This document shows positions 47,392-54,865 of a DNA stretch of 54,865 bases, piece after piece. Positions within the stretch are counted from its first letter, which is position 1. Each line of letters begins with the position of its first letter. The stretch covers positions 1-54,865 of the forward strand of contig JBBIRR010000029.1 of assembly GCA_037441705.1 (NCBI GenBank), in the 5' to 3' direction. The notes below the pieces were generated by a model. The model did no database searches. It had not been told where the DNA came from and saw nothing but the letters and a program-made list of their open reading frames with translations. Both the position numbers and the translations under genes were made by a program. This stretch comes from Ignavibacteriales bacterium (GTDB lineage Bacteria > Bacteroidota > Ignavibacteria > UBA10030 > UBA6906).

Positions 47392-50010
47392 GTGTTCTTG
47401 TTCAAGCAACGAGCACAAATCCCGATTGAACAACGAAACTACAGCACGTACTACGTCGTTCTCTCCGGCCTGCTGTTCCTGGGTACGATGTGGGCAGTGG
47501 TGGACGAGATTGCGACGCGTCGGCCGTGGAAACATCATCAGAAGGAATTCTACGCTCTCGCGGACTCGCTCCTCCAGCAGAGGATCGAACAAGCAGCGGC
47601 CGAGATTGATTCGTTCGCCCTCGATGAGGCTAAAGCTCATCTGAAAGCCGCTCAGGATTCCTTGCACGGCGATCGCTACAGAATGCTGATGAAGCAGTAC
47701 GAAGCGACGGCGGAGAAGTTGATTGAAGAAACGCGGGAGTATCAGTTTGCCAAGAGCCGCGGCGATGAAGCGTACTACTTCTACAAAAAGTCGCGCCTCG
47801 AAGGGAACGAAGACCTCGCGCAGAAGAGAAAGCTCGAAGAGAACGAAGCCCAGATGGCCCAGCACCAAAAAGTGATGGACGTGCTTCAGGCACAAAAAGA
47901 CTCTCTGCTTGCAATCCTCAATGAGTATCGGCAGAATGAACGCAAGGCGCGCAACGCAGTCAATGACCTGCTCAAGAACGTTGAGAAGTGGCAGACGCGG
48001 CGAGAGCGACTTCGTTCTGCTCCCATTGAGATTCGCCAGGTGATGATGCTCGACTACGACCGTAATCCCTTCAACGATCCGAAGGCGCGTGTGGATCGCT
48101 GCCAGACTTGCCATTTGGGATGGAACGAAGAGGTGATGGAGAACGCGCCGGAACCGTACAAGAAACATCCGCTTCCCGATCTGCTGGCAACACACAGCCC
48201 CGAGAAATTTGGATGCACGCCGTGCCATCGCGGGCAGGGCGCGGCGCTCACCGCGGGCATGGCACACGGCGAGGATGATCACTACTGGGAGAATCCGCTT
48301 CTGCGCGGCAAGGATGTGTGGGCCTCCTGCAACGAATGTCATGAGAACGAAAGCATCCTTGCCGGCGCGCCGGAGTTCACCAAAGCCAAGAGACTCATGA
48401 TCGAGTCCGGCTGTCACGGCTGCCACGAAATCAAAGGCTACACCGACCTTCCCAAAATCGGCCCGCAACTCACCGGCATCAGTTTCAAGACAACGCCCAC
48501 ATGGGTGTATCGGTGGGTGAAGAATCCGAAGGACTACAACCCGCATACGCGCATGCCGGACTTCAAGCTTTCTGATGAAGAGGCCGAAGCGGCGACGGCA
48601 TACCTGATGTCGGTATCGGAAAAGAGTGCGTTCGCGTTTGCTGCGTCGAAAGGTGCATACGCGGGCGGCAGCGCGCAGCGGGGCAAAGAGGTGTTCGAAA
48701 CGGTCGGATGCCAGGCGTGCCATGTCGTGGGAGCGATGACGAAGGTGCGTGAGGCGCGCGGCACCAGCTACGACATTGCGCCGGAATTGACGCGCGTCGG
48801 CAGCAAGGTCAATCCGGACTGGCTCTACGATTGGGTGCGCAACCCGCGCCACTTCAATCCGACCACGAAGATGCCGAACCTTCGTCTCACCGAGAGCGAA
48901 GCGAAGGACATCGTTGCGTACCTGATGACGCTCAGAGACGAGCGGGACCTGCCGTCTCGTGAATTGGACGTTGCGTCCGAGCAGATGATCAGGCGCGGCG
49001 AGAAAGTCATCCGCGAGTACGGATGCAATGGCTGCCATCTCATACCGGGCATGGAAAAAGAAGGACGCGTCTCCGTCTCGCTCTCCAACTTCGGGCGGAA
49101 GAAGGTGGATGAGATGGACTTCGGCGATACGCATGTGCCGCATACGTGGCATGATTGGGTGTACAACAAACTCAAGAATGCTCGCGTCTTCCAGACCGAT
49201 CGCATCGTTCAGAAGATGCCGGTGTTCTCCTTCACCGATGACGAAATCACCTCCTTGCGGATGTTCCTTCTTGCACAAACGAAGGATGAACCGGACAAGC
49301 GTTATGTCCGCACGTTCGATAAAAGGCAGCAGAACATCGAGGCAGGTCGGCGTGTTGCGATGAACTACAACTGTCAACAGTGCCACCAGCTCGAGAAAGG
49401 TGGGGCATACATCACTTCGATCATCGAAGAGACGGCTTTCCATCCCCCCATTATTACCGGAGAGGGCGCAAAGGTGCAGGAGCAATGGCTGTACGGCTTC
49501 CTCAAGCAGCCCTCGCCTGTCGGACGGAACTCCGTTCGCCCGTGGGTGCCGACACGCATGCCCACGTTTCACCTGACCGAAGACGAAATCAACAAACTGC
49601 AGAAGTACTTTTTGGGCTTGAGCGGCCAGGACCTTGAGCTTCGGGATTACACCGCCTTCCAGCCCGATCCGAAGCTCCTGCCGGTGGGGAAGCAAATCTT
49701 TGAAGATTTTCAGTGTTTGAAGTGTCATCCTGCGGGTACGACAACGGCGAAGCCGGGAGAGGTGTCAACGTCCGATCTTGCGCCGAACCTACAGCTCGCG
49801 CGCGGGCGCTTGAAGCCGGAGTGGATCGTTGTGTGGCTTGCCGATCCGGGCAAGATTCAGGAAGGGACGCGCATGCCGACCTTCTTCCCCGACGGCCAGT
49901 CGCCGCTGCCCGATGTGCTGGATGGCGATGCGCATAAACAAATGATGGCAATCCGCGACTACCTGTGGACGCTGGGCCAACCTGTGCGCACAACGGTTGC
50001 GGTCAGATAG
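47392..50010 (+). CDS. Membrane-anchored octaheme c-type cytochrome
   Basis: Eight CxxCH (CQTCH, CTPCH, CNECH, CHGCH, CQACH, CNGCH, CQQCH, CLKCH); N-terminal TM helix and coiled coil; AAGGAG RBS, GTG start. Confidence 0.92.
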   Translation: MFLFKQRAQIPIEQRNYSTYYVVLSGLLFLGTMWAVVDEIATRRPWKHHQKEFYALADSLLQQRIEQAAAEIDSFALDEAKAHLKAAQDSLHGDRYRMLMKQYEATAEKLIEETREYQFAKSRGDEAYYFYKKSRLEGNEDLAQKRKLEENEAQMAQHQKVMDVLQAQKDSLLAILNEYRQNERKARNAVNDLLKNVEKWQTRRERLRSAPIEIRQVMMLDYDRNPFNDPKARVDRCQTCHLGWNEEVMENAPEPYKKHPLPDLLATHSPEKFGCTPCHRGQGAALTAGMAHGEDDHYWENPLLRGKDVWASCNECHENESILAGAPEFTKAKRLMIESGCHGCHEIKGYTDLPKIGPQLTGISFKTTPTWVYRWVKNPKDYNPHTRMPDFKLSDEEAEAATAYLMSVSEKSAFAFAASKGAYAGGSAQRGKEVFETVGCQACHVVGAMTKVREARGTSYDIAPELTRVGSKVNPDWLYDWVRNPRHFNPTTKMPNLRLTESEAKDIVAYLMTLRDERDLPSRELDVASEQMIRRGEKVIREYGCNGCHLIPGMEKEGRVSVSLSNFGRKKVDEMDFGDTHVPHTWHDWVYNKLKNARVFQTDRIVQKMPVFSFTDDEITSLRMFLLAQTKDEPDKRYVRTFDKRQQNIEAGRRVAMNYNCQQCHQLEKGGAYITSIIEETAFHPPIITGEGAKVQEQWLYGFLKQPSPVGRNSVRPWVPTRMPTFHLTEDEINKLQKYFLGLSGQDLELRDYTAFQPDPKLLPVGKQIFEDFQCLKCHPAGTTTAKPGEVSTSDLAPNLQLARGRLKPEWIVVWLADPGKIQEGTRMPTFFPDGQSPLPDVLDGDAHKQMMAIRDYLWTLGQPVRTTVAVR

Positions 50011-50060
50011 ATTTCATCCAAATCAATCCATGTCACATTATTTTACCTGGAGATAGGAGA

Positions 50061-50750
50061 ATGAACAAAACGCTCGGTATCGTTCTGTCGCTGTTGGTTG
50101 CGGGTCAGGTGCTTGCCGGTGATGTCGTGGGCAAGGTTGTGTTCGAGGGGACGGCTCCCAAAGCCGCTGTGCTGAGGATGGATGCGGACAAAGTGTGCAA
50201 AGCCGCGCACAAGGAACCACAACGAAGCGAGGAAGTTGTGGTGAACGCCAACGGCACGCTCAAGAACGTTCTGGTCTATGTGAAGGACGGTCTGGGGAAT
50301 CGCAAGTTCGATCCGCCGGCAAAGAAGGTAACGTTCGATCAAATCGGCTGCATCTATGTCCCTCATGTTGTCGGCATTCAAACCGGGCAAGAGCTTGAGG
50401 TGATCAACAGCGATCCCACGCTCCATAACGTGCATTCACTGTCGAAAGAGAATCCGCAGTTCAACGTCGCTCAGCCGAAAAAAGGAATGAAGCTGACGAA
50501 GAAGTTTGAAAAGCCCGAGGTGTTCAAAGTCAAGTGCGAAGTCCACACGTGGATGGGAGCCTATATCGGCGTCTTCAACCATCCGTTCTACGCCGTTACA
50601 GGAGACGACGGAACATTTACGCTTCCCAAGCTTCCGGCGGGCGAATACACGATCGAGGCGTGGCATGAGAAGTACGGAACGCAGACCGGAAAAGTGAAGG
50701 TGGATGCCGCAGGGAAAGCAACGCTGGATTTCAAGTTTGCAGCGAAATAA
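50061..50750 (+). CDS. Periplasmic cupredoxin-like protein with carboxypeptidase-regulatory-like beta domain
   Basis: Signal peptide; NSDPTLHNVH...KCEVHTWM (H...CxxHxxM); VTGDDGTFTLPKLPAGEY. Confidence 0.8.
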   Translation: MNKTLGIVLSLLVAGQVLAGDVVGKVVFEGTAPKAAVLRMDADKVCKAAHKEPQRSEEVVVNANGTLKNVLVYVKDGLGNRKFDPPAKKVTFDQIGCIYVPHVVGIQTGQELEVINSDPTLHNVHSLSKENPQFNVAQPKKGMKLTKKFEKPEVFKVKCEVHTWMGAYIGVFNHPFYAVTGDDGTFTLPKLPAGEYTIEAWHEKYGTQTGKVKVDAAGKATLDFKFAAK

Positions 50751-50794
50751 CCTCGTCAACCGACAAGAAGCCAACATCGAAAGGAGAAACAGTC

Positions 50795-52606
50795 TTGAGC
50801 GACAACACCTCCCACTCCTCATCACCGAAGCAGGTCGAAGGCGTTGGCGTTGGAACGCATGTTCATGTTGCGCACGAAGAGCACGTCCATGAACTCAGTT
50901 TCATCCGCAAGTACATTTTCTCCACCGACCACAAGGTGATCGGGATTCAGTATGGCATCACCGCGTTGCTGTTCCTGCTGTTCGGGTTCACGCTCATGAT
51001 GATCATGCGGTGGCAGCTTGCCTATCCCGGCGAACCCTTCCCGCTGAAATGGCTTGCTGCGTTGATCGGCAGTGAGAACATGCCTGACGGCATTATGCTG
51101 CCAGAGTTCTATAATCAACTCGGCGCGATGCATGGGACCATCATGGTTTTCCTCGGCGTTGTACCGCTGGCCGTCGGTGCCTTCGGCAACTACATTGTGC
51201 CGCTGCAGATCGGCGCGCCGGATATGGCGTTTCCCAAGCTCAACATGATGAGCTACTGGTTCTACTTCCTCGGCGGCGTTACGATGCTCGTCAGCTTTTT
51301 CCTGCCGGGCGGCGCAGCAAACTCCGGCTGGACGTCCTACGCACCGCTGGCCGTGATTGCTACGACGGGGCAAACGGCCTGGCTCATTGGGATGGTGTTT
51401 CTGATTACCTCGTCGCTGCTCGGCTCGGTCAATTTTATTACGACCATCATTCAACTCCGCGCCCACGGCATGACGTTCATGCGGCTGCCGTTTTTTGTGT
51501 GGGCGCAATTCGTGACCTCGTTTCTCCTGCTGCTGGCGTTTCCGCCGTTAGAGGCGGCGGGCATCATGCAGCTGATGGACCGGGTCGCGGGGACGAGCTT
51601 CTTCATGCCGAGCGGATTGGTGGTGAGCGGGCAGCCGTTGCCCTATACCGGCGGAGGCAGTCCGCTGCTGTGGCAGCATCTGTTCTGGTTCCTTGCCCAT
51701 CCCGAAGTGTACGTGCTGATTCTACCGGCGATGGGGATTGTGGCCGAGATTATCGCCAACAACACGCGCAAGCCTCTGTGGGGATACAAGTCGTTGGTGT
51801 ACGCTGCCGTGTTTCTTGGCTTCATGTCGTTTGTCGTGTGGGCGCATCACATGTTCATGACGGGGATGGGAACGGTGATCAGCTCGTTCTTCCAGACCAC
51901 CACGATGATCATCTCGATTCCCTCCATCATCATTCTCACGGCATTCTTCCTTTCCCTCTGGGGCGCTTCGATTCGCTTCACCACGCCGATGCTGTTTGCG
52001 CTCGCGTTTCTGCCCATGTTCGGCATCGGTGGATTGACGGGGCTGCCGTTGGGCCTTGCTCCGCCGGACATTCATCTTCATGACACATACTACGTCATCG
52101 GACATTTTCACTACGTCGTTGCTCCGGGCACGCTGATGGCACTCTTTGCCGGCATCTATTACTGGTACCCGAAAGTGACGGGAAGGAAGATGAGCGACCT
52201 GCTCGGCAAGATGCACTTCTGGGGTTCGTTCGTCTTTCTCAACGGTGTGTTCATGCCGATGTTCATTCAGGGACTGGCAGGCGTCTCACGTCGCCTGTAC
52301 GATGGAGGCGCGCAGTACGCGCATGCGCAAGGCGTTCTGCAGTGGAACGAGTTCATGTCCGTTTCGGCCTGGTTGTTAGGGCTGGCACAGATTCCGTTTA
52401 TCATCAATTTCTTCTGGAGTATGAAGAAAGGAAAGAAGGTGGAAGAAAACGTGTGGCAAGCAACCACGCTGGAGTGGGCGGCAACCACCTCGCCGCCGCT
52501 GGCGCACGGCAACTTTGCTCGCATCCCTGAAGTTCACCGCGGCCCGTACGAATACAGCGTGCCGGGTGCGCCGACCGACTATCTGCCGCAAAACGAAAGG
52601 GCTTAG
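50795..52606 (+). CDS. ctaD: Heme-copper oxygen reductase subunit I (A1-type)
   Basis: STDHK, AMHGTIM, AHPEVY, WAHHM, HDTYYVIGHFHY, SRR. Confidence 0.96.
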   Translation: MSDNTSHSSSPKQVEGVGVGTHVHVAHEEHVHELSFIRKYIFSTDHKVIGIQYGITALLFLLFGFTLMMIMRWQLAYPGEPFPLKWLAALIGSENMPDGIMLPEFYNQLGAMHGTIMVFLGVVPLAVGAFGNYIVPLQIGAPDMAFPKLNMMSYWFYFLGGVTMLVSFFLPGGAANSGWTSYAPLAVIATTGQTAWLIGMVFLITSSLLGSVNFITTIIQLRAHGMTFMRLPFFVWAQFVTSFLLLLAFPPLEAAGIMQLMDRVAGTSFFMPSGLVVSGQPLPYTGGGSPLLWQHLFWFLAHPEVYVLILPAMGIVAEIIANNTRKPLWGYKSLVYAAVFLGFMSFVVWAHHMFMTGMGTVISSFFQTTTMIISIPSIIILTAFFLSLWGASIRFTTPMLFALAFLPMFGIGGLTGLPLGLAPPDIHLHDTYYVIGHFHYVVAPGTLMALFAGIYYWYPKVTGRKMSDLLGKMHFWGSFVFLNGVFMPMFIQGLAGVSRRLYDGGAQYAHAQGVLQWNEFMSVSAWLLGLAQIPFIINFFWSMKKGKKVEENVWQATTLEWAATTSPPLAHGNFARIPEVHRGPYEYSVPGAPTDYLPQNERA

Positions 52607-52608
52607 CA

Positions 52609-53199
52609 ATGAACATTCCGTACACCGCCACCGCCCGTCCCGATACCGGCTTGTACAACGCCAAGCTTGGTATCTGGCTCTTCCTTGCGTCGGAAGTGAT
52701 GCTGTTCGGCGCGTTGTTCTCGTCCTATGTTCTGCTGCGGGTCGGTGCGCCTTCGTGGCCGCACGGCTATGAGATGATGAACATCCCGTTGGGAACTGCC
52801 AACACCATCATCCTCATCGGCTCCAGCGTCACGATGGTGATGTCATGGGCATCGCTGATGATGAAGCAGTTCAGCAAGTACAAGCTCTACATGGGATTGA
52901 CGATCCTTCTTGCCGTCCTGTTTTTGGTGAACAAGTACTTTGAATACTCGGCAGAGTTTCACCACGGACGCTTCCCGAGCACAAGTACATACTTCGCAAT
53001 CTACTACACGCTGACGGGCTTGCATGGCCTGCACATTCTCGGCGGCATTATCGTGAACTCGTATCTGTGGGGGCCCGGCGCGAAGATGTGGAAAACGGAC
53101 CCGCAGCGTTTCACCAATCGCGTGGAAGTGGCCGGATTGTACTGGCACTTCGTGGACCTCGTGTGGATTTTCCTCTTCCCGACGTTATATCTTTTGTAG
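52609..53199 (+). CDS. ctaE: Cytochrome c oxidase subunit III
   Basis: GIWLFLASEVMLF, LTGLHGLH, GLYWHFVDLVW. Confidence 0.95.
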   Translation: MNIPYTATARPDTGLYNAKLGIWLFLASEVMLFGALFSSYVLLRVGAPSWPHGYEMMNIPLGTANTIILIGSSVTMVMSWASLMMKQFSKYKLYMGLTILLAVLFLVNKYFEYSAEFHHGRFPSTSTYFAIYYTLTGLHGLHILGGIIVNSYLWGPGAKMWKTDPQRFTNRVEVAGLYWHFVDLVWIFLFPTLYLL

Positions 53200-53209
53200 G
53201 AGACGCACC

Positions 53210-53512
53210 ATGGATTCGGCACACGTAGAAGAAGTAAAGAAAAGCGTCAGAACGTACATCATCGTCTTCGTGGCACTGATGGCGCTGACCGTCATTACCG
53301 TCGCCATCTCGACGCTGCATTTGAACGTTGCAGCAGCGGTGACGGTGGCGTTGATCGTCGCGGCGATCAAAGGCTCGCTCGTCGCGGGCTTCTTCATGCA
53401 TCTGATTTCGGAGCGGAAGCTCATCTACGCGACGCTCATTCTCACGGCAGTCTTTTTCATCTTCCTGATGTTCCTGCCGGTTTCAACATATCTCGACAGC
53501 GTGGTGAAATAA
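53210..53512 (+). CDS. Cytochrome c oxidase subunit IV (caa3-type family)
   Basis: YIIVFVALMALT...IKGSLVAGFFMHL, three TM helices. Confidence 0.9.
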   Translation: MDSAHVEEVKKSVRTYIIVFVALMALTVITVAISTLHLNVAAAVTVALIVAAIKGSLVAGFFMHLISERKLIYATLILTAVFFIFLMFLPVSTYLDSVVK

Positions 53513-53513
53513 C

Positions 53514-53735
53514 GTGTCCCTCAAAGCAGTCCACATATTCTTCATCAGCCTCTCGATACTTCTGGCACTCGGTTTCGCCGGATGGGAACTTCAACGGTAT
53601 GCCGAATCGGGCGAGTCGCTTGAACTGATTGCCGGTATACTTTCGTTCGGCGTGGCCATCGGTCTCGTCGCGTACGGGATGTATTTCTTGAAGAAAGTGA
53701 AGCGTGCGAGTTTCAGTCAAGGTAAGGAGGGTTGA
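53514..53735 (+). CDS. Small two-TM membrane protein in cox operon
   Basis: MSLKAVHIFFI...; tightly packed in the operon; two hydrophobic helices. Confidence 0.7.
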   Translation: MSLKAVHIFFISLSILLALGFAGWELQRYAESGESLELIAGILSFGVAIGLVAYGMYFLKKVKRASFSQGKEG

Positions 53736-53736
53736 T

Positions 53737-53982
53737 ATGAAGCGCTTGTATTGTATCCTGCTTGCTGCATGTGCAGCGGCATTCCTTGCTCGGGCGGACG
53801 TGTATGCCTGCCCGAGTTGTTTCGGTGCACCGGATTCGCCGCAGACGGAAGGAATCAAATGGGCGATCCTCAGTCTGTTGGGCATTACGGGCACCGTGTT
53901 GGTCGGCGTGGGGGCGTTTGTTTTGTATTTGCGAAAGAAGACACTCGAATTCAACCGTCGGTTCGACGACCTGCTGAACTGA
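53737..53982 (+). CDS. Small exported CxxC protein with C-terminal TM helix
   Basis: AAGGAGG RBS; signal peptide ending VYA then CPSCFG; TM helix WAILSLLGITGTVLVGVGAFVLYL. Confidence 0.75.
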   Translation: MKRLYCILLAACAAAFLARADVYACPSCFGAPDSPQTEGIKWAILSLLGITGTVLVGVGAFVLYLRKKTLEFNRRFDDLLN

Positions 53983-54006
53983 TTCTTCATTCGGAGGATT
54001 TCCATC

Positions 54007-54865
54007 ATGCACGATTTGTTAGGCCTTCCCATCGACGCATCGGCGCACGGGCAGTATATTGACCAGATCATCGTTATACTCCACTGGCTCATGTTGGTGT
54101 TGTTTGTGGGATGGGGATCGTTCTTTGTGTATTCTCTGATCCGCTTTCGAAAAAAGAGAAACCCTCAGGCGGATTACATCGGAGTGAAGAGCCATGCTTC
54201 GAGCTACATCGAAGTGGCGGTGGCACTGTTTGAGGGACTGCTCCTCGTCGGCTTCGCCATCCCCGTGTGGGCGAATGTCTGGACGAACTATCCGGCAGAG
54301 AAGGACGCCGTTGTTATCCACGTCGTTGCCGAGCAGTTTGCATGGAACATTCACTACCCCGGCAAAGATGGCATCTTCGGGCGTCGGGACATCAAGTTGG
54401 TCACGTCCGACAATCCCCTCGGTCTGGATCGTACCGATCCCGATGCGAAGGACGACATCACCACGATCAATCAGTTGCACATTCCCATCGGCAAACCGAT
54501 TCTCATCTATCTCACGAGCAAGGATGTGATTCACAGCTTTGCACTCCCATTGCTGCGCGTGAAGCAGGATGCAATACCGGGCGAATCCATTCCCGTTTCC
54601 TTTACGGCGACGATGACGACAGCCGAGATCCGCGAGAAAATGAAGCGCACGTTCCCGCTAGAGAAAGGAAAGATTCCGCCCCATCTGACGAGCATGATCG
54701 CTGCGGCCTCCTACACGGGCAGGGACGGTTCGACGCTTCTCACAAAAGGCGATCCGATCACCGAAGATGCAATCGCTCAACTGCTTGAGGCGGGCGTCAC
54801 TTCCATCGAAGCAACGCAGGACACGCCGACCGAAATTGCATGTGCCCAACTCTGCGGTCTCGGAC
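54007..54865 (+). CDS. ctaC: Cytochrome c oxidase subunit II (CuA), 3' end truncated
   Basis: Not in the ORF track; manual translation MHDLLGLPIDASAHG..., two TM helices, AEQFAWNIHYPG, SKDVIHSF, KQDAIPG, EIACAQLCGLG at the window edge. Confidence 0.95.
   Translation, partial: MHDLLGLPIDASAHGQYIDQIIVILHWLMLVLFVGWGSFFVYSLIRFRKKRNPQADYIGVKSHASSYIEVAVALFEGLLLVGFAIPVWANVWTNYPAEKDAVVIHVVAEQFAWNIHYPGKDGIFGRRDIKLVTSDNPLGLDRTDPDAKDDITTINQLHIPIGKPILIYLTSKDVIHSFALPLLRVKQDAIPGESIPVSFTATMTTAEIREKMKRTFPLEKGKIPPHLTSMIAAASYTGRDGSTLLTKGDPITEDAIAQLLEAGVTSIEATQDTPTEIACAQLCGLG

Noticed and set aside
47377-49728. 783-aa antisense ORF
   Set aside because: Shadow of the octaheme gene caused by GC-rich codon bias; no motifs
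50795-52606. Nitric oxide reductase or B/C-family oxidase
   Set aside because: HPEVY Glu and Tyr, D-channel residues, subunit III and a CuA subunit II all indicate A family

Overview
Chromosomal window from a Gram-negative bacterium, most likely Bacteroidota sensu lato and Ignavibacteria-like. This is inferred from a T9SS-type C-terminal sorting domain of the LEQNYPNPFNP form, bshC, classical AGGAG ribosome-binding sites and sigma70-type promoters. Left part: a truncated peptidase/PD40/Omp85-type outer-membrane gene, a cluster of three-hairpin REP-like elements, a DUF1801 gene, a metallophosphoesterase, a TolC-MFP-RND efflux operon, a T9SS cargo protein, and a beta-barrel gene divergent from a cytochrome c/beta-propeller lipoprotein plus partner lipoprotein. 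Middle part: tRNA-Leu(CAA), a large SprA-related barrel, ogt, acyP, GH43, ispF, DedA, PAP2, lnt, a second inverted pair of three-hairpin elements, ltaE, a thioesterase and two orphan genes, followed by rimP-nusA-infB-rbfA-truB-ribF-rpsO-pnp, an OmpA/TSP3 protein and bshC. Right part: a respiratory operon of at least 11 genes, truncated at the edge: Rieske, split cytochrome b, subunit IV, an octaheme cytochrome c, a cupredoxin, CoxI, III, IV, two small membrane proteins and CoxII. The most notable signal is this operon. Its A1-type CoxI lacks the K-channel lysine, CoxII has a ~70-aa insertion inside the CuA domain, the b6-type cytochrome b lacks the heme-ci cysteine, and PEWY is replaced by APWY. 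All family calls come from motif recognition by eye; no searches were run.
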